Positions 18,512 through 28,653 of a stretch of 64,000 nucleotides of DNA are shown here, one piece after another. The notes beneath the pieces are model-generated. The model made no database searches. It was not told the DNA's origin and saw only the letters and a program-made list of their open reading frames with translations. Both the position numbers and the translations under genes were made by a program. How positions within the stretch are numbered: position 1 is the stretch's first letter; every line of letters begins with the position of its first letter. The DNA comes from Pseudobacteriovorax antillogorgiicola. Lineage in GTDB: Bacteria; Bdellovibrionota_B; Oligoflexia; Oligoflexales; RGVZ01. The stretch covers positions 45,845-109,844 of the forward strand of contig CAMDHM010000003.1 of the NCBI GenBank assembly GCA_945898195.1, read 5' to 3'.

Positions 18512-18597
18512 TTCAACTCCGGGGTTTTTTGTGAATGAAATCCTGGGCCGATCATAGAGCTGCTAGTGCTTCCGGATCAACCCTTCAAATTTATTCT

Positions 18598-20313
18598 TCA
18601 TTCGGCGGACTGTTTTGCCGCATGCAGAATTAAGTCCGGCTCGGGAGCTTGGGACTTGGTTTCAATGAAATCGCCGTAGAAAAGCTCCCATCGGACAGGG
18701 AATTGTTTTGATTCCCATAGTTTTTCCCGCCAGATCGTATGGGGGCCAGCATGACGGGTGTGGGGGAACAACCAAGGATGACCCAAGGCCAGCTCCAAGG
18801 CTTCGGCATTTTCAGAAAAACTGGCGATGTGTAGCGGTCGCAATCTGTCGCCTCGGGCTGCAGCGGCTTCGTACGCGTTGACCAGGGCCATGGCGTTGAA
18901 GGCGGCTCCCATGCCGACATCCCAAATTACGAGGGGTACCTCTTCCCCGAGATCCTGAGCGGCGAGAAGGTGGAGGGTTTTCGGCACCTCGACATAAAGG
19001 CGGTGGGCCTCTTTGTCCGGAGCGTTTACCGCGTGCACGAACTCGCCGGAGGCGGTGTCGCGGATTGCAGACCCAAAAATGCCTGGTTCGGCGGTTTCGA
19101 TGTTTTGGACAATTTCGAAACGACCGACTTGGAGGGGCGCAGGGCGAGTTTTCTTATGTGGTGGTTTGCGTTTTGGCGGGTCTCCGCCATCGCTCTGCCC
19201 TAATTTTTCACGATGCGCGCGGTAAAAATCCAGGAAGGTGTCATTCTTGATGGTTTCGCGCATTCCGGCCATCAGCTTCATGTAGAAAGTCAGGTTGTGC
19301 GTCGCCAGAAGTTGCCAGGCGAGGGGCTCCTTGACCTTCTGAAGGTGGTGTAAATAGGCGATGCTGTACTTGCGGCAAACGGCGCAAGCGCAACTTGGGT
19401 CCAGGGAACCCTCATCAAGGCGGTAACGACCGCGGCGCAAGTCGATCTTGCCGTTCCAGGTGAATACGACGCCTTGTTGCGCTAATGCTGTTGGCAAAAT
19501 GCAGTCGAACATGTCGACACCACGGTGCACGGCTTCCAGTAGATCGCGTGGGGTTCCGACGCCCATGAGATAGCGCGGTAGGTGGTCTGGTAAAAGCTCC
19601 GTCACCAATTCGGTCGAATCCTCGCGTTCGGCGGAAGTTTCACCGACGGCGAGGCCTCCGATGGCAAATCCATCGAAGGGCATTTCCCGCAAGGTCTGAG
19701 CGCTTTCACGCCGCAAATCCGGATAACAGGCGCCTTGAACGATGGCAAACATGGATTGGGGGGATTCGCCTCGTGCGGCCAGAGAACGCGCTGCCCAGCG
19801 GTGGGTGCGTTCCATGGCGGCGCGGGCCATGTCATGGGGTGAGGTGCTCGGAATGCATTCATCGAGCACCATCATGATGTCGCTGCCGATGGTTTTTTGC
19901 ATTCCGATGCTGAGTTCCGGGGTCAAGAGGATTTCGCGCTTGTCGGTATAGGCCCGGAAACGGGCGCCTTCCTCCGTCATGTTTCGAGCATTGGGCAGGC
20001 TAAAAATCTGAAAACCACCGGAATCCGTCAGCACGGATTTTGGCCATCCCATGAAACGGTGGATGTCTCCAAACTTCTGAAATAGTTCCGGACCTGGCCT
20101 AAGCATCAGGTGAAAGGTGTTCGCTAGGAGCACTTGTGCCCCAATTTCTTCAACCACATCGAGTGGTTGTGTGCGAACGGTGGCAAAGGTTCCGACCGGC
20201 ATAAAGATCGGTGTCGTAACCTCGTTGTGCAAGGTTTTGAACCGGGTCAGCCGGGCACGGGACCCGGAGGCCACACGCAGGAGCTCAAAATTAAGCCTTT
20301 TAGACGTCGTCAT
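18598..20313 (-). CDS. tgt: tRNA-guanine transglycosylase (queuine tRNA-ribosyltransferase) with about 185-aa C-terminal MnmC/MnmD-like extension
   Basis: Tgt core: TPIFMPVGT, LTDSGGFQ, VQG, GFAIGGLAVGE, YLMGVG and the Zn site CxCxxC...H (CACAVCRKYSIAYLHH). The core ends near residue 385, but the ORF continues to residue 571. Confidence 0.85.
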   Translation of the reverse strand: MTTSKRLNFELLRVASGSRARLTRFKTLHNEVTTPIFMPVGTFATVRTQPLDVVEEIGAQVLLANTFHLMLRPGPELFQKFGDIHRFMGWPKSVLTDSGGFQIFSLPNARNMTEEGARFRAYTDKREILLTPELSIGMQKTIGSDIMMVLDECIPSTSPHDMARAAMERTHRWAARSLAARGESPQSMFAIVQGACYPDLRRESAQTLREMPFDGFAIGGLAVGETSAEREDSTELVTELLPDHLPRYLMGVGTPRDLLEAVHRGVDMFDCILPTALAQQGVVFTWNGKIDLRRGRYRLDEGSLDPSCACAVCRKYSIAYLHHLQKVKEPLAWQLLATHNLTFYMKLMAGMRETIKNDTFLDFYRAHREKLGQSDGGDPPKRKPPHKKTRPAPLQVGRFEIVQNIETAEPGIFGSAIRDTASGEFVHAVNAPDKEAHRLYVEVPKTLHLLAAQDLGEEVPLVIWDVGMGAAFNAMALVNAYEAAAARGDRLRPLHIASFSENAEALELALGHPWLFPHTRHAGPHTIWREKLWESKQFPVRWELFYGDFIETKSQAPEPDLILHAAKQSAE

Positions 20314-20334
20314 GGCGCCGGAAGTAACACAAAG

Positions 20335-21432
20335 TTAGCTCTTGAGCCAGCCCCGCCAGCGAAACAACACGAGCAGTACGACAACAATTAAACCCATGAG
20401 CCCCAAGGCAAACGGATAACCGTAGTACCAAGCAAGTTCGGGCATGTTCCAGGGCGACTTTTCCGTGTGAAAATTCATTCCGTAAATTCCAGCGATCAGA
20501 TTTAGGGGCATGAACAGGGTCGAAATCACCGTCAAAGTCCGCATGATGTCGTTCAGGCGGTAGCTGACGCTCGACAGGTAGATCTCCATCATGCTTGAAA
20601 CCAGGTCTCGGTATGATTCCAGTGCGTCGATGATTTGCACGGTGTGATCATAGCAGTCGCGAAAATAAAATCTGGTGTTGGCCTCAACCAAAGTTGATTG
20701 ATCCCGGTACATGATGGCAAGAGCATCTCGTAGTGGCCATATGGCGCGACGGATCAGCAAAAGCTCTTGCCGCATCGCATAGATTTTTTGAACAGTATCT
20801 TTTTGGCCTCGAGTCATAATGTCGGTTTCAAGGGTCTCTAGGCGATCTGCAATATATTCAATGTGCGGGAAAAAATCGTCAATTACAGCATCGAGAATCG
20901 CCGAGGCCAGGTAATCGGCTCCATGCTCGTACAAAGATGTTTTTCCACCACGAACGCGTGCACGGATTGGATCAAAACAGTCGCCCTTGTGTTCTTGAAT
21001 TCCGATAACAAAACCGGCGCCGAAAAAGAGACTGAATTGTTCTAGCTCGGTTTCTTTGCGCTGTGTATCAGCCATGCGGGTGGCGATGTAATAGTAGTGG
21101 GTATAGTCCTCAATTTTAGGGCGCTGATAAAGATTGGTAGCGTCCTCCAGGGCCAAGGCATGGAGGTTGAAAATTTTTCCAATGCGTTTGAGGCGTTCAA
21201 CGTCCGTCAACCCGATGATATTAATCCAGACCACTTTGTACTGGCTCATCAACTCTAAAATTTTCGATTCATCAGGATCCCGTAATTCAACGTGACCGGA
21301 AGGCCCGTAGGCAAGAATTTCGACGGTGGTCGGCGTGGGTGTTTGAACGCCGCGAATCGTGCCGGCCGGAGTTCCCCGAGGTGGGCGCTGGCGCTTTGAG
21401 CGTAAGCGGCGGATGGCGCTAGTCAGGTTCAT
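20335..21432 (-). CDS. corA: CorA-family Mg2+/Co2+ transporter
   Basis: 365 aa. Two C-terminal TM helices carry the signature YGMNF (LIAGIYGMNFHTEKSPW). Confidence 0.85.
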   Translation of the reverse strand: MNLTSAIRRLRSKRQRPPRGTPAGTIRGVQTPTPTTVEILAYGPSGHVELRDPDESKILELMSQYKVVWINIIGLTDVERLKRIGKIFNLHALALEDATNLYQRPKIEDYTHYYYIATRMADTQRKETELEQFSLFFGAGFVIGIQEHKGDCFDPIRARVRGGKTSLYEHGADYLASAILDAVIDDFFPHIEYIADRLETLETDIMTRGQKDTVQKIYAMRQELLLIRRAIWPLRDALAIMYRDQSTLVEANTRFYFRDCYDHTVQIIDALESYRDLVSSMMEIYLSSVSYRLNDIMRTLTVISTLFMPLNLIAGIYGMNFHTEKSPWNMPELAWYYGYPFALGLMGLIVVVLLVLFRWRGWLKS

Positions 21433-21607
21433 CGTGCGAGTTTCCTGAGGGTTTTATTGGTTCCTTAAAATTCCGGCAAATCACCGTAACGATTGATCTT
21501 TATAATACCAAATCTCCGTTGAGTTGTCCCAATAGGAGGTTTTTTTGTCTAAAGGCTGCGGGAACTTGGCCGATGCATCCTTGTAATTGTCATAGAGGAA
21601 AAATTTT

Positions 21608-23437
21608 GTGCTTCGACCAACTTCATTTTTGAACGGCTTTGTCGCCCCTGCGGGGATGCGGAACTATGCCGGCATTTTGACGCTTTGCTATCTGGTACCC
21701 GCGTGCGGTGTTTCTGTTCCTGAGGAAGAAATTTACGTGGTTAGTTCTTCCTCAGATCTTCAAGTAAATCCGAATTCATTTAACGACGATAGCGCGGTTC
21801 GGCCTGATTTGAACTTGATTCTAGCCAAGGTTTCTCCGTTTTCGTCGTCTCCAGCAGATGAGCTTGATACCAAGTTTTTGCTCGGTTTGTCTGATTGCCA
21901 TTGTTCACAGGAAAAATTCGCCAGCAAGTATATGGCAAACCTCGTAACCCGAGGCGGTCCAATGCCGCAACTTTTGATGCCAATGGTGCGCGAGGGCGTT
22001 GCTGCTGACCCTAAGGTTCAGAGGCTTTTACGGATGCCGCCCGCCTATCGTTCCATTTTGGACGGACTCGTCAGCGTTGATAACGTGATTAAAAAACAAG
22101 TGAAGGCAACTGTCGGTGGAAAAGTCTCAGCAGCATTGAATGGCGGATCGACCATCGCCGATCGATACGATTTCCGGTTTGACGGTTTTGCGGCTGCTGG
22201 CCTTGGTCCGATGACGGCTCCGCAAACGTTCTCAATCGGTGATCAGGCAACGCGCTGGAATTATATTCTAGGTATGGATGCAATGTGGTTAGGAAAGCCA
22301 TCTTTGGATGGTGTGGATCATGGCCTTCAGCTTTTGAACACGGCCCTTGTTCTGTCGGAATGGTCCTATTTGTACGGATTGGATGTGGCTTCAAAAAACG
22401 GGCTGCCTTATGGCGGACTGACTTTTCAACCGGAGCAAAACAGCCCAGACAATATGTTTGGTCTAACGATGACCCCGTTTGATCCGCGCAAAGATTTAAC
22501 CGGTATGCGATTTGTTACCGGTGCGTACACGATTGAATATCCTGCCGTGGATTCGCTGGAGATGGCGACGGAAGTGCAAGAAGGTTGGCGGCATGGGACG
22601 GGGGTGGTCAATTTAGATGAACAGTCTTTAGTTTGGCGTGCTGCGGCGCGCGCCATGGCTCGATTGCGGCCGGCCGCTCGCGTCGCGACGACGGGGCTCT
22701 ATGCCAAGGGCACCGGGATTTTTCCTGACGACGCCCACACGGCATCGTTGTTGTTCTTGCCTGGGATGGACTTGCTGTTGGACGGACCTTTTTTCAGTAC
22801 GTTGGCCCAATCGGTGCGCGAGAAAGCAAATTTCAATCGTCGCAAGGATGGAACATTTGATCCAGCTGGGTATCCCGATGTGCGTGAGCCACTCTTTAAT
22901 GAGGCTCGGGTTGTGGCGTTAGCGCGCCTTTCATCGGCACTATCAGAATGGATTGGGCAGGTGGCAAACCTAGATGACTTAGAAATCGACGAGGCTACGG
23001 CATCGCGGTTGAAGGTTGCGCATAAGAGACTTCGGGATCCGGTGCGTTTAGCCCTTGTCGTCATGATGAGAGAGCTCCCGGCGGACCTTGGCGGAATCGG
23101 TCAATCGCGAGACCTTTCGGGCCGCGCTGGAATGTCATCCGGCGGAGCGGCGGAAGTGCTTTTTCACGTCGCCCGTACTTTACTTGTTGGGCTGGATAGT
23201 CAGTTTTTGAGGAGCAGGGCCTTGGCCCTAATGGATCATTTTGCAGTGAATTATCTGTTGCCGATATGGCGCGATCCGTCCCGTCGGGCCGAAATTTCTC
23301 CTGCCGATGTGATTTGGATCCATAATGCATTGGCGACCTTTGAAGTCATCGAAGGAAGTGTCGAACGATTCCCGTGGTTGCCTCAGGTGCGTTCCGTATT
23401 TGCCAAAGCGATCGAGGACTGGAACAATAGGCTCTAA
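21608..23437 (+). CDS. Hypothetical lipoprotein (609 aa)
   Basis: GTG start. Leader AGILTLCYLVPAC-G is lipobox-like. Helix-rich, with no recognised family. The stop overlaps the next start (ATGA at 23437). Confidence 0.5.
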   Translation: MLRPTSFLNGFVAPAGMRNYAGILTLCYLVPACGVSVPEEEIYVVSSSSDLQVNPNSFNDDSAVRPDLNLILAKVSPFSSSPADELDTKFLLGLSDCHCSQEKFASKYMANLVTRGGPMPQLLMPMVREGVAADPKVQRLLRMPPAYRSILDGLVSVDNVIKKQVKATVGGKVSAALNGGSTIADRYDFRFDGFAAAGLGPMTAPQTFSIGDQATRWNYILGMDAMWLGKPSLDGVDHGLQLLNTALVLSEWSYLYGLDVASKNGLPYGGLTFQPEQNSPDNMFGLTMTPFDPRKDLTGMRFVTGAYTIEYPAVDSLEMATEVQEGWRHGTGVVNLDEQSLVWRAAARAMARLRPAARVATTGLYAKGTGIFPDDAHTASLLFLPGMDLLLDGPFFSTLAQSVREKANFNRRKDGTFDPAGYPDVREPLFNEARVVALARLSSALSEWIGQVANLDDLEIDEATASRLKVAHKRLRDPVRLALVVMMRELPADLGGIGQSRDLSGRAGMSSGGAAEVLFHVARTLLVGLDSQFLRSRALALMDHFAVNYLLPIWRDPSRRAEISPADVIWIHNALATFEVIEGSVERFPWLPQVRSVFAKAIEDWNNRL

Positions 23438-24852
23438 TGAGCCACTTAAAATTCAGTTTTTCATCAATATTTTTTGCGCTGCCTGCCCAAGCGTGCTTGG
23501 GCCTTTGGTTTCTGATTTTTTTTAGCGGAACCGCTTCTTCGCAGATTGGTTTGCTCCCTAAAGGCGTCGGAATTATCAACTACACGTCCCGCGGTTACTA
23601 TTCTCAAACGAATCAGTACGGCGATACGATGAACTCGCGCACTGGTCTTGGTCACAACTTTGATGCGCGATTTACTGGTCAGACGATGATGGCTGGCTTA
23701 AATGGCCCTGAACTAAAACTTTTGGCCGAGACCCTGCAGCGGTACGATCAAACGTCTGCAGCGGGCGGACCAGCGTTGCTTGCCGGGATCGACCTTGGCA
23801 CCCTACATGGCGATGTAACGGCCCGGGTGAAGGCGGAAATTTTTTCTTTGGCTTATGGTGTTGCGCCGTGGCTTACCGTTTTTGCGGCAGTACCGCGTGT
23901 AACTCTGGAAACCCGAACCACGCTGCGCTTCGATCGGGATCCTGGTGGCAGTGCTGACGCAATTCGTACTGCCCTTGGCGATTTTGCCTTTCAAGATTTA
24001 CAGGATGGATTACAGCGAGCCGCCAACATGGGTGTGGCTGACGTGCAGCAGAATTTTGAGAGCCTCAAATATGATCCAGTTGATTATTGGTCCAACCGCG
24101 CCATCGGTGATTGGAGGTTTGGTGCCCAGACCGCATCTGGCGCAGCAGGACCAGATGAGTTCGGTGGGGCTGGTTTTTACCGGGCACTCGTCGTGCTGCC
24201 GACCGGCCGTCAGGACGATCCCGATGCTTTTACGGATATTCCAACCAGTGCCGGCTATCGTGGTATAAATTTCAACACGCAGCAGGTTTACAAGCACGAA
24301 AGCCGGATCTATGCCGGCGGAAGCCTGGAATATCAGTATAATCTTGACGCTAAAGTCCGGCGTCGCATTCCTATCGGTGATGAACGGGCCATTGATCCGG
24401 AGCGCACGCGGGATGTGAGAATAAATCCAGGCGACGACGTCGAGGTGGCGTTGATGGCAGGATACGCGGGGGATACGCTCAATGCATCTCTACGGCTTGC
24501 CGACAAGCGACACTATAATGACAAATATTCTGGTAGCCTTGAAGGAAATTACGTTCTGGTCGGTGACGAAAGTGATACTCGACTTGGGTATGCACAAGTG
24601 GGCGTTGGTTTTACGACGACCAATTTGTTTAAACGTGGGAAATTTGTTTATCCAATGATGATCGATATTGGATACAACCATCCACTATATGGAATTCACA
24701 CAACCGACGAACGTTTTTATTCGGTCGCGATCACAGGATTTTTTGGCAGTGCCAGTAGGAGCCACGGGACAGAACAACCCGGGACGGTAGGTCCCGGTTC
24801 AGTTAGTAATGAAACGAAAGCTTCTTCTCTGCTCCGACCCCTGAAACGCTAA
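23437..24852 (+). CDS. Hypothetical secreted protein, possible outer-membrane beta-barrel (471 aa)
   Basis: Signal-peptide-like N-terminus (FFALPAQACLGLWFLIFFSGTASSQ). Many short alternating-hydrophobic segments flanked by Gly/Tyr (YAGGSLEYQY, GYAQVGVGFTT, MIDIGYNHPLYG). Translationally coupled to 21608-23437. Confidence 0.45.
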   Translation: MSHLKFSFSSIFFALPAQACLGLWFLIFFSGTASSQIGLLPKGVGIINYTSRGYYSQTNQYGDTMNSRTGLGHNFDARFTGQTMMAGLNGPELKLLAETLQRYDQTSAAGGPALLAGIDLGTLHGDVTARVKAEIFSLAYGVAPWLTVFAAVPRVTLETRTTLRFDRDPGGSADAIRTALGDFAFQDLQDGLQRAANMGVADVQQNFESLKYDPVDYWSNRAIGDWRFGAQTASGAAGPDEFGGAGFYRALVVLPTGRQDDPDAFTDIPTSAGYRGINFNTQQVYKHESRIYAGGSLEYQYNLDAKVRRRIPIGDERAIDPERTRDVRINPGDDVEVALMAGYAGDTLNASLRLADKRHYNDKYSGSLEGNYVLVGDESDTRLGYAQVGVGFTTTNLFKRGKFVYPMMIDIGYNHPLYGIHTTDERFYSVAITGFFGSASRSHGTEQPGTVGPGSVSNETKASSLLRPLKR

Positions 24853-27157
24853 TCTTTACAGCGCCACCTTTAGCCAGCTTGCCGAACAAGACTTCATCAG
24901 CCAAAGGCTTTGCAATCTCGTTTTGAATCAATCGTGCAAGTGGCCTTGCGCCAAAAGAGGGGTCGAAACCCTTGTCCGCTAAATATTCTCGGGCTAAATC
25001 GTCGATCGTAACTTCGATTTTTTTTGCAGCCAATTTCGCGATAATATCTTTGGTAAATTTGTCGACCACAGACAGAATTACCAGACGTGGCAGCGACTGA
25101 AAGTAGATGACGGAGTCAAGTCGGTTTCTGAATTCTGGAGCGAAGGCATTTTTGATGGCTTCCAGATCGCCCTTTTCATTGGGAGCCATGCCTGGGGTCC
25201 GTGTAAATCCAATCGAACCATGCATCATTTCCCGTGCACCAGCATTGGTCGTCATGATGATGATGGTGTTCCTGAAATCAGTCTGTCGTCCGTTGTTGTC
25301 GGTCAGTGTGCCGTGATCCATGACCTGAAGTAAAATATTCTGCAGGTCGCCGTGTGCCTTTTCGATCTCGTCGAAGAGCAGCACGGCGTGAGGATTCTTG
25401 TTGACGGCATCCGTCAGCAGGCCACCTTGATCAAATCCGACATATCCGGGAGGAGCGCCAATTAGACGCGATACGGTATGCCGCTCCATATACTCGCTCA
25501 TGTCGAAACGGATGAATTCGATTCCCATAATGGAAGCCAGTTGCTTGGCGACCTCTGTTTTCCCAACACCGGTGGGCCCGGCAAAAAGAAAGCTACCGAT
25601 TGGTTTCTCTTCGGAGCCTAGGCCAGATCGGGACAGTTTAATTGCGGAAGCCAGCGCGTCAATGGCATCATTTTGACCGAACACCACTGATTTAAGGCGG
25701 TGGTCTAGGTCTTTCAACGCAGATTTATCGGAATTGGAAACTTTCTGGGGTGGAATGCGCGCCATTTTAGCGATGACACCCTGGACATCATCCAAGGTGA
25801 TTGTGCGGATCTTTATGGTTTTGGATGAATCCCGCGATAGGGAAGCCGCTGATCCAGCTTCATCAATCACATCGATCGCCTTGTCTGGCAGCTTTTTATC
25901 TCGCAGGTAACGGGCAGAAAGTTCCACAGCTCCGCGGATGGCATCCGGCGAGTACTTAACCTTATGGTGCTCCTCATAACGGGATTTTAGACCCTTCAAA
26001 ATTGAAATCGTGTCTTCAATAGAGGGCTCGTCGATGTCGATTTTTTGAAATCGGCGAACAAGTGCGTGGTCGGTTTCAAAATGACTTCGGAACTCTTTGA
26101 ATGTCGTCGAACCAATGCACCTCAAGGTGCCGTTTGCCAACGAGGGCTTTAAGAGATTCGACGCGTCAAGGGTACCGCCACTGACTGAGCCGGCACCGAT
26201 TACCGTATGGATTTCGTCGATAAAAAGGATCGCGTTCTTTTTTTTCTTGATCGCTGCAAGTAGGCCTTTGAGCCGTTGTTCGAAATCTCCGCGGAATCGG
26301 GAGCCGGCCAGAAGCGAGCCCATATCCAACGAGTAGATCGTCGCGCCCTTGAGCGGTGTGGGAATATTGTCTTCTGTGATGCGCAGGGCCAGACCTTCGG
26401 CAATAGCGGTTTTGCCAACGCCGGCATCGCCGACCAAAAGGGGATTATTTTTGCGCCGTCGACAGAGCACCTGCACGGTTCGTTCGATTTCAGCGTTCCG
26501 ACCGATCAAGGGATCGATATGCCCCTCGCGCGCACGCGCGCACAGATCGACCGCATAGAGAGCCAGTGGGTCCCGTCCGCTCTGGCGTTCCGTTGGGCCA
26601 GATTCCGATTCGTCTTCGTCATCGCGTGGCTGTGGATCAGGCCGCTCACCATCGCCAATACGGGCTATCGGTTGCTCCGGTCCAGCGATGCCGGTGGGGT
26701 CACTTGCTGATTCAGAACCCTCGCCAGATTTCGCAATTCCGTGAGAAATATAATTGATGACATCAAACCTGCTGATGTGTTGCTGTTGAAGGAAATAAAC
26801 AGCAAAAGAATCGCGTTCTGAGAAAAGGGCCACGAGAAGGTTTTCACCCTTGATTTTATCTTTTCCAGCCGCCCTTACATGTTGGGCTGCGCGCTGAATG
26901 ACCCTTTGAAAGCCGATTGTTGGCTGAGGCATCTGACCGGGGCGCAAGGTGCCAGTAGGGATATGCTCATCAAAAAACTCCTCGAGCTTTTGGCGCGTGT
27001 AATCCACGGACCCACCGCAGGCTCTCAGGGCCTTGATGGCGGTATCATTTTGAAGGAGAGCAAACAGCACATGCTCAACCGTCACGTATTCATGGCCGCG
27101 CCTAGCGGCCTCGCTAACGGCAAGGTTCAGGCTGACTTCAAGTTCATGGCTGATCAT
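24803..27157 (-). CDS. clpA: ATP-dependent Clp protease ATP-binding subunit ClpA
   Basis: 784 aa. Clp_N repeats, two AAA+ modules (GDAGVGKT and GPTGVGKT Walker A; LFIDEIH and [10 protein letters not shown] Walker B) and a C-terminal D2-small domain. It lies immediately downstream of clpS. Confidence 0.93.
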   Translation of the reverse strand: MISHELEVSLNLAVSEAARRGHEYVTVEHVLFALLQNDTAIKALRACGGSVDYTRQKLEEFFDEHIPTGTLRPGQMPQPTIGFQRVIQRAAQHVRAAGKDKIKGENLLVALFSERDSFAVYFLQQQHISRFDVINYISHGIAKSGEGSESASDPTGIAGPEQPIARIGDGERPDPQPRDDEDESESGPTERQSGRDPLALYAVDLCARAREGHIDPLIGRNAEIERTVQVLCRRRKNNPLLVGDAGVGKTAIAEGLALRITEDNIPTPLKGATIYSLDMGSLLAGSRFRGDFEQRLKGLLAAIKKKKNAILFIDEIHTVIGAGSVSGGTLDASNLLKPSLANGTLRCIGSTTFKEFRSHFETDHALVRRFQKIDIDEPSIEDTISILKGLKSRYEEHHKVKYSPDAIRGAVELSARYLRDKKLPDKAIDVIDEAGSAASLSRDSSKTIKIRTITLDDVQGVIAKMARIPPQKVSNSDKSALKDLDHRLKSVVFGQNDAIDALASAIKLSRSGLGSEEKPIGSFLFAGPTGVGKTEVAKQLASIMGIEFIRFDMSEYMERHTVSRLIGAPPGYVGFDQGGLLTDAVNKNPHAVLLFDEIEKAHGDLQNILLQVMDHGTLTDNNGRQTDFRNTIIIMTTNAGAREMMHGSIGFTRTPGMAPNEKGDLEAIKNAFAPEFRNRLDSVIYFQSLPRLVILSVVDKFTKDIIAKLAAKKIEVTIDDLAREYLADKGFDPSFGARPLARLIQNEIAKPLADEVLFGKLAKGGAVKISVSGVGAEKKLSFHY

Positions 27158-27248
27158 AAGCCCTCCAGTCCAGTCTTTTGCTCCCAGACTTTGTTCTCAA
27201 TGCAATCTACACGCCGTTCGATAAACCCGCCTCAATAGATCTGCTCCC

Positions 27249-27596
27249 CTACACCCGTTCCATGGTGCATTGGAGGGGATGTTCGTTCTCGCGAGCGCAT
27301 TCCATGACCAAGGCAACTTTGGTTTCTGCGATCTCGCACGGATAGGCACCGCAGACCCCAACACCCTTGGTGTGAACGTTGATCATGATCTCCGTGGCGA
27401 CTGCGCGTTCCTTATTAAAAAAAGTTTCCAGGACCATGACAACAAACTCCATGGGAGTGTAATCGTCATTGTGCAAGAGGACGCGATACAGGTGCGGCAC
27501 TCGAATCTGTACGGCACGCTCGGTGATGACCGAGGTCCCTGACCGGTGGTCTTCGTTCCCGTCGGTCTGATTGATGATGGGCAGGCTTTTACTCAT
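27249..27596 (-). CDS. clpS: ATP-dependent Clp protease adaptor ClpS
   Basis: 115 aa. [24 protein letters not shown]...A...M..VH..G is the canonical ClpS core. Confidence 0.9.
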   Translation of the reverse strand: MSKSLPIINQTDGNEDHRSGTSVITERAVQIRVPHLYRVLLHNDDYTPMEFVVMVLETFFNKERAVATEIMINVHTKGVGVCGAYPCEIAETKVALVMECARENEHPLQCTMERV

Positions 27597-27750
27597 GAAA
27601 CCCCTTCAAAACGTAAATCACGTTCTTTTAACATTGGGTCTGACAGGCCGTATGTCAACCCCCCAAGTTTTATCGGCAAAAACCGGGATTTTTTGCAGTG
27701 GATTGACGAATCTTAAACATGGGTGGTAAGTACCCGAAAGGAATAATCAT

Positions 27751-28641
27751 TTGAATCATCTCATGTTCTTCTTTAGGCGGAGGTGGCGGAAATTGAAAGA
27801 TCTAGTTGCGAATCTACGGTTTCCGGAGTCCGCGGCGCTGTTCCTGTTTTGTCGTGAGATGCTGGCCATGCGTCATGGCACGACACGTATCTTGGATCAG
27901 GATATTGGCGGACTGCTTCATCTGGATCCAGCGGACTCGAGCCACTGGAAAAAAGGGAAAAAACACATCCGTTCTGTTCAGGCGATCGAGGCAATTGCAT
28001 CGCAATTAAAATGCGATCCTGCTTTGGTTGCAGCCGTGGCAACTGGCGAGATGGATGAGGCCGAGGCGGTATTGGAGGCCCGGGGGCACGGCGCCTTTGA
28101 AGTGAACCAAGCTTTCGTAGAAACTTTTTTTCGCGAAATGCAGAGGCATCATAGCAGTCAATGGAGTCGCGATCGTGAGCGAATCATTATTGAAGCGTCT
28201 GTTATCGACAAACCAGCGATGGCGAAAATAGTGGCCACAATTCACGGCCGTATTGGCTGTTTTGAGGCGCCGGTGTTTATGCCGGAAATTTCAAAATTGT
28301 TTCCGGTCGTGGCTTTTGAAAATATTCCTGCGGCACGGACCATGCGACCATATTATCGTTTTGAAATGGCCAGACAGGTTGGGCGATTTGTGCTGGCGGG
28401 AGCATCACAATACCAGCCACAAGGGCGCGGCAGTTTGCCGTCATCTGTATTGGATCATGTTCGTCAAGTCGAAGAGAACATGTTTGCTATGGAGTTGCTT
28501 GCACCTTTCCAAATGGTTCGGGCAGAAATGATTCGTGCTGATGTCAAACTCAATTTTGTTAATCAGTTAGCGGATGTTTTCTGGTTGTCCCGGTCGATCA
28601 TGAACCGGCGCATCAAAGACGTTCTTTTGGCGAGCAGCTAA
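27751..28641 (+). CDS. XRE-like HTH + ImmA/IrrE (DUF955)-like domain protein lacking the HExxH metal site
   Basis: N-terminal LDQDIGGLLHLDPADSSHWKKGKKHI resembles an XRE HTH. C-terminal EENMFAMELLAPFQMV and LADVFWLSRSIMNRRI match the ImmA/IrrE pattern E..AN.FA..LL.P / fgVS......R. The expected HELGH position reads ARQVGRF. Confidence 0.5.
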   Translation: MNHLMFFFRRRWRKLKDLVANLRFPESAALFLFCREMLAMRHGTTRILDQDIGGLLHLDPADSSHWKKGKKHIRSVQAIEAIASQLKCDPALVAAVATGEMDEAEAVLEARGHGAFEVNQAFVETFFREMQRHHSSQWSRDRERIIIEASVIDKPAMAKIVATIHGRIGCFEAPVFMPEISKLFPVVAFENIPAARTMRPYYRFEMARQVGRFVLAGASQYQPQGRGSLPSSVLDHVRQVEENMFAMELLAPFQMVRAEMIRADVKLNFVNQLADVFWLSRSIMNRRIKDVLLASS

Positions 28642-28653
28642 GAACTTTGTCGT

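Noticed and set aside
21433-21607. TTGATC...TATAAT-like string (cgattgatctttataatacc) as a sigma-70 promoter for the 21608 operon or for corA.
   Set aside because: The -35-like and -10-like hexamers are only about 2 nt apart, far from the 16-18 nt spacing a sigma-70 promoter needs. The TATAAT alone is weak evidence in an AT-rich spacer.
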